A DNA stretch of 59,329 bases, filler included, from Circinaria calcarea (lineage: Eukaryota): NCBI GenBank assembly GCA_051942165.1. It is 5 parts of 5 records of this genome, joined end to end, with 100 filler letters (N's around TTAATTAATTAA, not from the genome) between each part and the next. Parts side by side here need not be neighbours in the genome. Positions count along the whole stretch, not along the records: positions 35,676 to 47,457 come from JAVECS010000645.1; positions 47,558 to 59,329 come from JAVECS010000646.1; 3 more parts are not named here. The stretch is one strand, 5' to 3'. Positions 39,439 through 51,229 of this stretch are shown here, piece by piece (position 1 is the first letter of the stretch; each line of letters starts with the position of its first letter). The position numbers were made by a program, and so were the translations under genes. Under the pieces are notes generated by a model that did not search any database, was not told where the DNA came from, and saw only the letters and a list, made by a program, of their open reading frames with translations.

Positions 39439-41004
39439 ATGTCTGACCTCGAAGTTGAACTTACAGCTCCCAATGGACGCAAATATAAACAACCCCTCGG
39501 TCTCTTCATCAACAACGAGTTTGTGAAGTCGAAGTCCGGAGAGAAGATCACAAGTATCAATCCTACGTAAGGCGCCACCGTTGACTCGTACTCTCTAAGA
39601 ACCACCTTGCTAAACCAACAATGCAGGGACGAATCCGAAATCACCTCCGTCTTCGCTGCCGGAGCCGAAGACGTGGACATCGCCGTCGCGGCCGCACGCA
39701 AAGCCTTCAAATCCAAGGAATGGCGTGACATGGCCTCCACAGACCGCGGAAACCTTCTCATAAAACTGGGCGACATGGTTGAAGTGCACAAGGAGACCCT
39801 CGCGACCATCGAAACATGGGATAACGGCAAACCATACGGGGTCGCCTTGGATCTGGACGTCGCCGAAGTCATCGGCTGTCTGCGCTATTACGGCGGTTAT
39901 GCCGACAAGATCCATGGCCAGGTCATCAACACCGACCCCAACAAACTCGCCTACACGCTCCGCGAACCCGTCGGCGTGTGCGGACAGATCATCCCTTGGA
40001 ACTACCCCCTTCTAATGGCAGCGTGGAAGCTCGGTCCTGCCCTCGCGTGCGGGAACACTGTCGTCATGAAAGCAGCCGAGCAGACCCCCCTCAGTATTCT
40101 CTACTTCGCCAACCTCATCAAAGAAGCCGGTTTTCCCCCTGGAGTTGTCAACATCCTGAACGGGTACGGCAAAGACGCCGGTGCGGCCCTCGCGGCTCAC
40201 CTCGACGTCGACAAAATCGCCTTCACTGGCTCCACCGTCACGGGAAAGCAAATCATGAAAACCGCCAGCGTCAACATGAAAAACATCACGCTCGAGACCG
40301 GGGGCAAATCACCCTTGCTCGTCTTCGACGACGCCGATCTCGACCAGGCTGTCAAGTGGAGCCATATCGGCATCATGTCCAACATGGGTCAAGTCTGCAC
40401 CGCGACCTCCCGTATCCTGGTCCAAGAAGGCGTCTACGACAAATTCGTCGAGCTCTTCAAAGAACGGGTCAAGAACGTCAGCAAAGTCGGAGATCCGTTC
40501 AAAGATTCCACGTTCCAGGGCCCACAGGTCACAAAAGCGCAGTACGAGAGGGTCCTCAACTACATCGAGAGTGGGAAATCCGAAGGCGCCACGCTCGCAT
40601 GCGGTGGCGAACCCCAAAAGGACGTGAACGGAAAGGGATTCTTCATTGCGCCGACCGTGTTTACCAATGTAAAAGATGATATGAAGATTTACCGCGAAGA
40701 AGTCTTTGGCCCATTCGCGGTCATAACCTCGTTCAAGACCGAGGACGAAGCGGTGGAGAGGGCCAACGACACGACCTATGGCTTGGGCAGTGCCGTGTTC
40801 ACGCAAGACATAACCAAGGGGCACCGGGTGGCGCGGAACATCGAGGCGGGCATGGTATGGATCAACAGCAGCAACGACAGCGACTACCGGATTCCGTTCG
40901 GAGGCGTGAAGCAGAGCGGGATCGGGCGAGAGCTGGGCGAGGCAGGGTTAGCCGCTTATACAAATTGTAAAGCGGTACATGTGAACTTGGGGTTGAAACT
41001 CTAA
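39439..41004 (+). CDS. NAD(P)-dependent aldehyde dehydrogenase
   Basis: Exon 39439-39566, intron 39567-39626. Motifs IIPWNYP, FTGS, LETGGKSP, GQVCTATSR (catalytic Cys), EEVFGP, PFGGVKQSGIGRELG. Confidence 0.95.
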
Positions 41005-41194
41005 AAGGGGGATTCATGGAGATCAGAGCAAGTCGTTCTGGTGTATCTAGGCATAAAATGGGTTGTGGATACCCTTTAGGGCATATTCTTGATACATCGT
41101 GATGCTGCATGGCTTAAATCCTTCCGTCAGTAACAATCCCACTGCCTACTCCAATAATGCACGTAAAACCCCTTTTCGCCTCTTTTCGTGCGCT

Positions 41195-44100
41195 TCAAGG
41201 ACTTGGCGTTCCCTCCTCATACCTAGGTCCGTCGTCTCCACCCCAAGCGGGTGTTTCGGGCTGTCCGCTGTAGGGAGTGGGTACCCCGCCAGGGGTAGGT
41301 ACATCACCCGCATAGCCTGAGAATTTGGGTGTCGCGGCAGCTGCAGCAGGCGTCGGTGGTGCGTTGTATGCAGGCGTCTTACCGCCTCCACCGAAATCAC
41401 CATAGGGGGTTTTCGAACCGGCGGAGAAGGCGTCGGATGGAGTAGAATGGCCACCACCGTAAGCTGTTCGATTTCCAGGATCCCATACTGGTGTTTTCTG
41501 CCAAGGAGTTAGCGTTGAGATGCATAAAGCTTGGAAAGAAAAGAGGACTCACGCCTCCCGCACCTCCGTAAGCGGTACGACTGCCATCAGCGTACGGGTT
41601 GACTGTTTGGCGACCCTGGGCACTCCAAGCAGGGGTTTGGTTACCAGCAGAAGCATCTGGTCGCCAAGCCGGTGTTCTCCCGGAGGACGCCATAGCAGCA
41701 CCTCCTGACCACGCTGGTGTTCTTGAGGAAGCAGCTGCCCACGCAGGGGTACGACCCCCGTTGCCTGACGGTCCCATTGGAGTCCGTGAACCAGACCAGT
41801 TCGGGGCTGGGGTAGCACCTCCAAACCCACCGCGTGCACCGGGTGCGCCCCTTCCAGCGAAGCTCTGGTAGTCCATTGAAGCACCACTTCGAGCATCCTT
41901 GAATCCTAGGGTATCCTTTGCAACCGTAATCGTTCTGCCTTTTGTATGAAGCTCCACACGCGCTTCCCGATCCGTTGTGTCTTTGACAATGCCGAGTAAG
42001 CCCTTGTACGGTCCCTTTCGTATTGTCACTGTTTGCCCAAGGGCACGATCTCTACCATAAGACTTTGGCGGTGGCATAGCTCCATTGCCATTCGCAGCAG
42101 CACTCCTCTGCAGTGCTGGGTTCATACGAGAGAGATCGGGGCCACTACTCCCCGCTTGCGCAACTCTTCCGCCTTTAGCTGCAACTGTTGCGACGTTTGA
42201 TGCTCGTACGACAAATATTCCCGAATTCTCTGTCTGTTCTCGATTATGTAGAAAGAGGAATGAACGGTATATGTGAGAGATCACACCCTGCTTATGCTCC
42301 CCACTAATCTCCCGTACAGTGTCGTCATGTCGAATTTCCGAGCCATTCCTGTCAGTAGCAACGGCATTTCGTCGTTTCTCAATCTTGTTCGAGATTTGTG
42401 AAGGGATAATAGATCTGATAGAGCCGGTCTGATCCAAGACGCGAAGCGATTCACGGTCTACCTTGATGACGCAGGCCACAGTCGCAGGACTACATTCCGT
42501 TAGTTCTCACCATATTCCAGTAATCGGAATCTCTTCTTACTCAAGCTGAACCAAATCATGTATGTCATACTGCCCCAAGCCTCCGGCCATACCAGAATCA
42601 CTTGCTTCCCTAAGGTCTTTGCTGAAGACGGTAATCTCCTGCATGCTGAGATCACTCAAGATGGTAACCCGATCGTCCTTGATACGAACGACCATCCCTA
42701 CTTCGTCTCGGAATCGGCTACCAGCAATAACCTTAACGTGATCACCCTCTCTAAACAGTTTTCGCAAGCCTTTGATTGGCACTTCGATACTCTGGCCTCG
42801 TAATTCGCCATCGGTCACAGTCAAAGTGACAATATCGCCTCGGACTGAGACGGCTTTTCCAGTCACGCCCTGCTGTTCGCCCTCGTAGACTTCGACCATG
42901 TCACCGGGAAGATAACTATCATTGGCCGAGCTGTTTTTCAAACTCGCAGCAAGTGCCGTGAGATCTAAGTTTTCTGTCCCATCATCTGCACCAGCAGTGA
43001 ACTTGGTGACTTCTTCTAAGGTCGGATTGACATTTTCGGTGACAAGATGCTGTATTTTGAAATCTTTTATGAGAAAGCCGTTGATGTAGGTGTCGTTCAA
43101 GTAACTCCACTGTTTTCGGTCAAAGGTAGAAATTGACTGCAAATACTTGGAGTGTTTCTTCTTAGCTTCGGCTTCACTGAACAGCCTTTGTGGCGGCTTA
43201 GATGCTGGATTTGTCAAGCCTAATCCACCCTGCCTCTTACGCTTCTGTGCTTCGCCTTTCACCCCGTTGTCTATCATTGGAGCATTGATGTCCTCGTTGA
43301 GTCCATAATCAAGCCGTGGTACTATCCGCAAGGAAACCTCGAGTCCGTTGGTCTCAACGTCGTCAATCTGGGCAAGATCACCCGCGTATTTCCCCCGTTT
43401 CAGTCGTACGTAACCACCGCGCTGAAGCTGCTGGGATCTTGTTACACGAAGGAGATCAGGCATCTCCTTGATAGGCACGAGAACAACCTTGACCCGTGGA
43501 TAAACATTCGATATGCCATCTAGTGCCGTAAAAATATCTGCCTGTTTCCGAGCTTCGATGTATACGTAGCCGATCATGGTGCCCCCCCGTTCGAACGCAG
43601 AAATGATTGGCAATGGATTCTTCGTATGAGCTCTTTCTTCTATCCGTTTCATGATGGAAAACACCACCTCCCGCTCCTTTCCAGGCTTGGTCTTGACGCC
43701 CCAGATACTTGGATCTTCTACGCTGGGTAGTAGTAGTCGTTTAGGGACCACGACCGAATCCGTTGCCGTAGTCCTTGACCGACCGTAACGTTCTTTTAGG
43801 AGTTGCGCTTGTTTCTCTGCATCCATCTGCATCTCTCGCTCTCGTTTGCGATCAAGCTCTCTATGACCCCGATCATCTGTCTCCGCACCGGCTGGTAAAT
43901 CCGCAAGATCATCAGGATGGGTCTCCGCAATGAAGCCTGTTTGATCCTCCTCATCGTCATCGTCACCATCGTCTTCGTCGTCAACCTCGGCCTCGATATC
44001 GATGAATTGGCTACGAGGGTCTCGCCGAGTTCGTTTCCGTGGTCTTCCCTGATGATAGGATTAGATTAGTCCACCTTTTTGGGTGATATTGAGACCCACT

Positions 44101-44375
44101 GTGACAGCATCCTCATCGTCCTCGTCCTCGTCTTCTTCATCTTCTTCATCGTCCTGCCCGCCGTCCAGTGTGTTGTTCAGCCCATCCTCATCCCCATCTA
44201 CATCCAGCGAATCGTGCCCATTGGTAAGGTGACCATTGTTGTTTGAGCTTTTGACTCCATCCTCTGCTGCATCACTTCCGGGTCCCGCTTCATCATCTGA
44301 ATTTATCGCAGGGGCAGGGTTGAAATTATCATCTTCCGACTCGGATTCAAAATCCGTGTTGAGTAGGGTATTCAT
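41195..44375 (-). CDS. SPT5: Transcription elongation factor Spt5
   Basis: Acidic N-terminus, NGN domain ([13 protein letters not shown]), KOW repeats ([23 protein letters not shown]), C-terminal RTPAW repeats. Last exon ends EEGTPSP* at 41195; 3 introns. Confidence 0.96.
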
Positions 44376-45270
44376 AGCTGACCGCTTTTTCTAAAGAGTG
44401 TCTTATGTAGGAAGGTAATTCAGCGGGGCCCAAGAACACTGGCGGATCAGAGATTACAAGGTGACTAGGTATTCAAAGACAGTTTCGTTGTAATGATGAG
44501 TGACCTGCAAAGGGTTGTCAAAGAAATCGTAGTAACAGTGGGGAAAGAAGCTCCGCGCAAATGCTTTGCAGTGGAGGTGGAGGAGGAGGAGGTTGGGCTA
44601 AATCCATTCACAATGCCTTTGAAGACGGCTGCTCTATTCACATATTGACCGGGGGGAGCTAAGTCATCATACGCTACGGAGTACGGGCTCTATATTTCCC
44701 GAGAAGCGAGGACGGTCTAAATTTAGAGAAGTCAAAAGACAGACAAACAAGCACACGATGCGTGATGTTGAAGACCTCGATCCAGTTTGCTTGGTTGGTT
44801 TTTACTGTGAGTAGGTTGTCTGACACGTATGCTACTATCGCCATCTCGAAGCTCCTTAGGGCGCGAGTAGTCTCCTCATTGCGGTATCTGGCCATCGACG
44901 GCACGAAGTCTGAGCCTTGCAATAGCCATGGACTTTTCTGACCCGATGACTCTCTTACATACGTCCTGCGCAAAACTTTCGGGAAGCGGAGTATGAAGTT
45001 GGTTTTACATGCACTATCGGGCTCAGGTGATATTTATTCCCACCAATGCCAACCACTTGGCTCGACTTTGCGGTTCGCTGCGTGTTGGCGGAGCCAGCGC
45101 CAACTTCGGGATGTTAATAACTGCCCAGGCGGTGCATTCCCTCAACATAGCCATATATGACTTTTCTCTTTATCTTGCCATTTCCTTGAGTTTGAATCTT
45201 GTCAAGTTTTTGGTCTTCATTTCTAGACTGCCCTACATATCGCACTGATTACATCCTGACACCGTCCAAC

Positions 45271-46029
45271 ATGTATCTTTTCCCTAATGATTTCAGCTCG
45301 TCTCCACATACAACACTTCCAGCTCTTCCAACTAGCAGATCACCTTCTCCGAATTTCTTTGAGTCCATGAAAGACCTCATGCCAGCTCCATTAAGAAGCA
45401 AAACTCGATCTCCTATCCTGCGTTCTCGAACTGCCGACGGTGAAAAAAACCCTAAGCCAACCCAGGAGGTTGGTGCCCGAGCAGAATGGGATTCTTATCC
45501 ACCAATAAGGGTTGACAATCGTCGTCAGGCACGCTCTGTCAGTCCTATGTCCCGCAGACCCGGGCTAGAACAGCGATCGAGAAGTTCTCCACAACGCACA
45601 AAAAGCCCCCCGCCGCGGTACCTTCGGATCCCATGCGAAGAAATGACCCAGGAACGTATCGAAGAAACACCACCTGCCCGGCAGAGTTTTGAACGGTATC
45701 GTCAGCCGGCCGAACCAATAAGGGAACCAATACACAGCCCACGAACTATACACAGCCCGAAGCGTCAGAGATTGCAAGCATCAGGACGTCAGCCAAGGCG
45801 TTACATCCCGAGCATGATCGATTACTTGACCATGGAGCAGTTGGAGGATGTCTGGCAGATGCAAGACATTTACAAAGGGACCGTTGACGTCCCGGCGAAG
45901 CCGCCTACTCCCATGTGGCAGATTGAAGATGACATGGATCCAAGGTCACCCTTGATAGAACTAGTTCATCCTGCTTTTCGCCACGACCCGCCATCGATCC
46001 ATAATAGCTTCTCAAGGCCGGCGGCATGA
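45271..46029 (+). CDS. Hypothetical Pro/Arg/Ser-rich protein
   Basis: ATG at 45271 (CAAC-ATG) within the 276-aa ORF; structured-looking motif YIPSMIDYLTMEQLEDVWQMQDIYKGTV. Confidence 0.65.
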   Translation: MYLFPNDFSSSPHTTLPALPTSRSPSPNFFESMKDLMPAPLRSKTRSPILRSRTADGEKNPKPTQEVGARAEWDSYPPIRVDNRRQARSVSPMSRRPGLEQRSRSSPQRTKSPPPRYLRIPCEEMTQERIEETPPARQSFERYRQPAEPIREPIHSPRTIHSPKRQRLQASGRQPRRYIPSMIDYLTMEQLEDVWQMQDIYKGTVDVPAKPPTPMWQIEDDMDPRSPLIELVHPAFRHDPPSIHNSFSRPAA

Positions 46030-47457
46030 TGCAAGGGATTTGACTACAGTAGGGAGAGGAGAGGATACAAATTGAATAATACCCCAGAGCGCCAACTTGG
46101 TTTCGGATGTACGATAGGATGAGGGGCGGTGGTAATCGAGCATACTCACATTCGGCATGACGTCTCAAGGCGAAACAAGAGCTCGGATATTCATCCGACA
46201 GCCTCCAGGAGGCTGCTTCAAAATCTCGCGAAGGAGTTTATTCCGGATATCTGGCTGAAATGCATGTATCAATAGTCACGATTGCGCAATGATCATTTGG
46301 AACTGCCAACCTCCAGCAGATGAGATCTTAATTGGTATGCTTTCCAACCCTAAACAGTGAAACTGGACTCTATACCAGACTGTATGGTGATTTATTGCTC
46401 CATCACAATCCCCCGATCCACATTCACGTTCCCCCAATTCAACAGTACACAGGTATGACCCAAACCCCCCCCTCTTTTTCGGTAAACTCCAGAAAATAAT
46501 ATCGCGACCAAAAATGAACTCCGCCACCCACCTCCAACCGACCACAGCGGTTATTCAAATTCTAATTCTAGAAACAAGAAACACGCTACACAGCCCCCTC
46601 TCGATTTTAAAAAAAGGATCTGGATAAAAGAAAAACGAGGCAAAATGCAAAATCTCCCAGGGGCGCGGTTATATGTCGAGTAGATGAAAATTTCGTTGCT
46701 AATGCACCATCTAAAGTAGCGCCCTGGAAATCTAGTCGCTGGTTTTTCCTCTTTCCCTCTTTCCCTCTTTCCCTCTTTGGTTTGTTGGAGTGCCTGTGTT
46801 TTTCTTACCATACCGTCGGTTAGATGGTATATTCCCCCGCCATTCGATGGCCCGAGTACTGGTAGATACACTTACAATATGCTTTCCCCGATCGATTTAT
46901 CTCCACACCTGCACCCATGTATGTAAAGTAAGTAGAGATACATTATGTACAACTGGCTGCAACTGCAACTGCAACTGCGATCGAAATGAAAAGTCGGAAA
47001 TCGAAAATCGAATGCCGCAACAGGCTGTGCATCCTTTTTAATCGGGCAGCGATCTTTCGACGATACGATACGATACATGTACATGGCCCTTAATCTAGTT
47101 GCACATTGCCATCATCTAATAAACCGGAAAAACTGCCGCCCAAAATCTCTCTTTTGCACCAAGCTTGGCGCAGTCTCCACATCTCCAATGGTATTGTAGA
47201 TACTTTGCCCATGGCGATGTGTGGGGGAAAAAAAATTCCTCGCATGAGGTACCCTACCTACCTTTAGCTAAGGTACCCCACCCATTTATAGCCGCAGCGT
47301 CTGATTAGATGGCTTAAAAGCTACCCCTACCCTACCTGACCTTACCTTAGGTTAGACTACCCGCCAGCTTTTTCTACTGTATTTCTCATCCAATTCCCCT
47401 CTCTAACCGTTCCATACAAATTCCATCGTTCTCCATTTCCCACTTCCTACCCAAACC

Positions 47458-47557
47458 NNNNNNNNNNNNNNNNNNNNNNNNNNNNNNNNNNNNNNNNNNN
47501 NTTAATTAATTAANNNNNNNNNNNNNNNNNNNNNNNNNNNNNNNNNNNNNNNNNNNN
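47458..47557. other. Artificial contig-joining spacer
   Basis: 44 N + TTAATTAATTAA + 44 N. Confidence 0.98.
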
Positions 47558-47974
47558 AAGTCTCTTCAGCCCCGTCGGTTGACGGGCGGCATGACATGCT
47601 CCCAGCATGCCTCCCCAAGACTGTCCTAATAGATCATAGTCATCCTGCACCCCCAGTTTGGAAAGCAGATTGTCAAGTTCGTCGAGGAAGAGCTCTACCG
47701 TCCAGAACGAGGCATCTCCGTTCTTCTCCGGAAGGTGGGTGGAGGATGCGTTGCCGATCTGGTCGTAGAAAATGGTTGGAATCCCGTACAACGAGGTTAG
47801 ATCAGCTATACTTAGCAAGTAATGGTGACTGCAGCCTGGTCCCCCATGAAGACAAATAAGGGGACGGGTGCCGGACTGGAGGTCGCCGACGACTTTGTAC
47901 CACGTCTTACATGGTTTTCCCGCACCAGGCACTGAGAAATCAACGAGACCTTCAGCAACTTTGAGAGCGGACAT
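47558..47974 (-). CDS. Proline iminopeptidase-like alpha/beta hydrolase, 5' part only (cut by contig end)
   Basis: Motifs TWYKVVGDL, PLICLHGGPG, FYDQIGN, HLPEKNGDASFWT, LLGQSWGGML (nucleophile elbow). Confidence 0.9.
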
Positions 47975-48589
47975 ACTTGCGAGGAGAGAAGGGTTCGAGC
48001 CGAAGGAAAATTGAAAAAACCCACCAGAAACATGTTCTTTATATGAACGAGTGCTAGTGCCGTATGGTGGAAATAGTTGAATCTTCGGATTAGGAAGGTA
48101 GCGAGTAGACAGCATAGAATATGTAGCACCTCCTTCCACAGTAAGACATCCGTAGAGATCTCATGCTCACCCGATAACAATGGAAGCTTCTATACTGCTC
48201 CGACTGTAAGCAGAAGGTGGTCAACCCCCAACAACCCCAGACACTTGGGGGGAAGTCGTCTAGGTTTTTAGAGTAATTTACCCATTAAGCGAAAGAAAAT
48301 AAATTTCAATACAACATAATTTCTGAATTAAAAGCTTTATGGTAGCACGTGCTTCCGTGGCTGATGCCCTGTACAGTTTATATGTAATGCCCACCAAGAT
48401 ATATACAGATTACAAGCATCAAGTGACTTACATAGGCAGTGATGCGCATTAAGTGTTAAATTAACCGCGACATCGAAATTGGACTCCAAACTGCACAGTA
48501 AGTAAAGATCTACAAAGCTCCACTATGCATGTAACGCTGAATTTTGGTTTCATTACTGGATATATTACTTTAAGAAAACCGGACGACTT

Positions 48590-49180
48590 CCCCTTAAGTG
48601 CCTTGCTTCTCGGGACAGCCGAGCAACAGCTCCTGTTAAGTAAGTATATACCAATACTAATATAAAACTTCGATATTTGACAAACCATCTCCGCAACAAT
48701 CCCACTAAGGCTATGGCAAACAAATATCACCAGTCGACGTATCCCCTATTTCAACAACGTCTGTTAAGCTTAATCAAAGTTGTTAATATCGTAAGATAGT
48801 CACTATACTTCTTCTGTTCTCCTAAGATCTACAAGCTCTGTAAGAAGCTTTATTGAAATGCTTTCTAAATCCAGATGCCCAGTAAAATTTCGAAACTTAG
48901 CATGATACCCATAGATCATAATCCGAATGTTAGGTAAAGATTCAGGAAGCAAGTCCTGAAGCCACATTATCCTGGTTTGTTTGTGGGTCCATGTTTGCAG
49001 GGCATAACGATTCAGACCAGGTAATGCTATAAAACTGCAATAGAAAATCAGTCTTAATAACTAACACAACTAATGTTGTATTGCATCACTTAAGCACTAT
49101 TCGAGTATCGTTTTCGGGTTGATGGAGTATAGTAATTCCATAACTGTCCTCGTTCATCACTTGGACAATAGAGCGCTGGT
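48590..49180 (-). pseudogene. Relic of a SesB/DUF676-like alpha/beta hydrolase domain
   Basis: Spliced pieces SYGITILHQPEND, FIALPGLN..QTWTH..MWLQDLLPESLPNIRIMIYGY, IFVCHSLSGIVAEM, followed by in-frame stops in AT-rich sequence. Confidence 0.65.
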
Positions 49181-49419
49181 AACAACCATGTTCTTGTTTT
49201 CCTGTTGTATCGTCGTTTTTCAATAGAGGATGGTTCGAGAAAGAGCAAAAGAGCAGCGCCTGATCGAGGTTATATGCAATGTTCCCTGAACTTAGATATA
49301 GTGCTGTGTAACCTGAGACCCCCTACATTAAGCCGTAAATCTGCCTTTACGTGCAACCTAAACACAGTTCGTCTTCTTACTCTGCCTTATTGGTGAGACT
49401 GCAGTTGTCTCAAGTCTCA

Positions 49420-51229
49420 ATGCGCAGACTATGTCGTATTGTTCCGCGTCATACGTGTCCAAGCCAACTGAGCAGAACTCATTCCCAATTCCGTCACTCC
49501 AATATGGAAGAGAGGTCTTCATACGAGGTTGGTCAGCCTCAAAACAACGCGTTATAGTTATACTCAAGTGAATTAGAGTGCGATCCATGGCTTGAACTCT
49601 CTCCAATCAGGCTTCGCAACTTTGGAAGGAAGGAGAAAAGTAAGACACAAGATGGACAGTTCAGCAGTTAACGAAATGAGGGAATGGGTTCGTAGGATTG
49701 GATATAAAGTATGTCGTCCCCTTATGGTGTTCCTTACATATATCCGTATATTCTCAGAATCTGATTTGATTGAAAAGCCTAGCGACTCTAATAGCCTCAA
49801 CATTGTCCACGTTGCTGGGACGAAAGGCAAAGGTACAACTTGTGCTTACGTGAACTCGATACTCACGAATTACCGAGCGAAAACCGGACTTCCCGAAAAG
49901 ATTGGTCTCTATACATCGCCTCATCTGATCGCCGTGCGCGAAAGGATTAGAATAAACTCTGAGCCGGTTTCGGAATCACTGTTCGCAAAGTACTTCTTCG
50001 AGGTATGGGAGGCCCTCGAATCTTCAGCTTTGGCATAAGGACTAGATCCTCTCCAAAAACCCGTATACTTTCGTTTTCTTACCTTGCTGTCTTTTCGTGT
50101 TTCATGAGAGAGGGCGTCGATACGGCTATTTATGAAGTCGGTGTCGGAGGGGAATTTGACTCTACAAACATCATTGAGTCTCCTGTTGTGACAGGTATAA
50201 CGACCCTCGGGATCGATCATACTATAACCCTCGGGGAAACAATCGAAGAGATGACGTGTCACAAGGCGGGTATTTTCAAATCGCATTGCACTGCATTCTC
50301 CGTCGAACAGGTACAGGCTGCCGCACCGGTCTTGGAGCAACGAGCCGAGGAGAAGGGCGTCCAGCTGCAAGTCGTTAAAGTACATCCTGAGATCCACAAA
50401 GTGGATGTAAAACCAGATGAGGAGTTTCAAAGGGTAAATGCATCGCTTGCAATTGCTCTCGCCAATACTGGTTTGTAACACGCTGGAGTGTCAACCATGG
50501 AAGAAGGAGAAAAGCTCCCGGACGAGTTCGTCACGGGCTTAGGGAAGGCGGTTTGGCGGGGACGCTGTGAGATCAAGGTGGAAGGGAATAGAACATGGTG
50601 TATAGACGAGGCGCATACTCAAGATAGTCTTAAAGTTGCCGAGAATTGGTTCACCAATGTTGCTCAGAAAAGGTACAACATTTATTCTTAACTCTACCTA
50701 CCAACATCCCTCGACTCAGCTAGAAAAGAACTAATGCCATAATTCGAATTGCGCACAGGTCGCTGCCAAAGGTTCTGATTTTCAACCAACAGTCGCAGAG
50801 AGATGCTGTGGAATTATTGCAGACACTCCATCATACCCTCTGCCTCGAGGGTGGGATTCGACTGCAATATGTTATCTTTTATACAAATTTAACATACAAA
50901 ACCATGACCTACAAACCCGGTATAGACATGCCCGAGCCTTCTGCAATTGGAGGTTCCCGTTGCTAATTATCTTGAAAGATTTCGTCAATCGCAACAGCGA
51001 TGCCAGCGCCATTTCGAGTTCGACGGCTCAAAAGGGGTTCGCAGATCTGTGGAGAATCTTGGATGCACAGTCACAAGTCTCTGTTATTCCCACTATCGAA
51101 GAGGCAGTCGGGTATGTCAGGCAACTCAGTCGGGATGAAGGCGAAATCCAGATACTGGTGACCGGGAGTCTTCATCTTGTTGGTCGCGTGCTTTCATTCC
51201 TTGAGGGGGTTGATTTTGCGACTAGCTAG
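49420..51229 (+). pseudogene. Folylpolyglutamate synthase (Met7/met-6-like) pseudogene
   Basis: Motifs LNSLQS, IVHVAGTKGKGTTC, YTSPHL, EVGVGGEFDSTN, LGIDH, WRGRC, VTGSLHLVG. Disrupted by TAA at 50036-50038, a 1-nt frameshift near 50100 and TAA at 50476-50478; DGAH is altered to DEAH. Confidence 0.85.

Noticed and set aside
39399..40824. Long antisense or alternate-frame ORFs over ALDH (233 aa, 171 aa, 157 aa)
   Set aside because: Shadow ORFs expected from the strong C-ending codon bias of the ALDH gene; no protein-like motifs.
26540..51229. Two folate ligases (FOL3 and FPGS-like) as a folate gene cluster
   Set aside because: They are on different, arbitrarily joined contigs.
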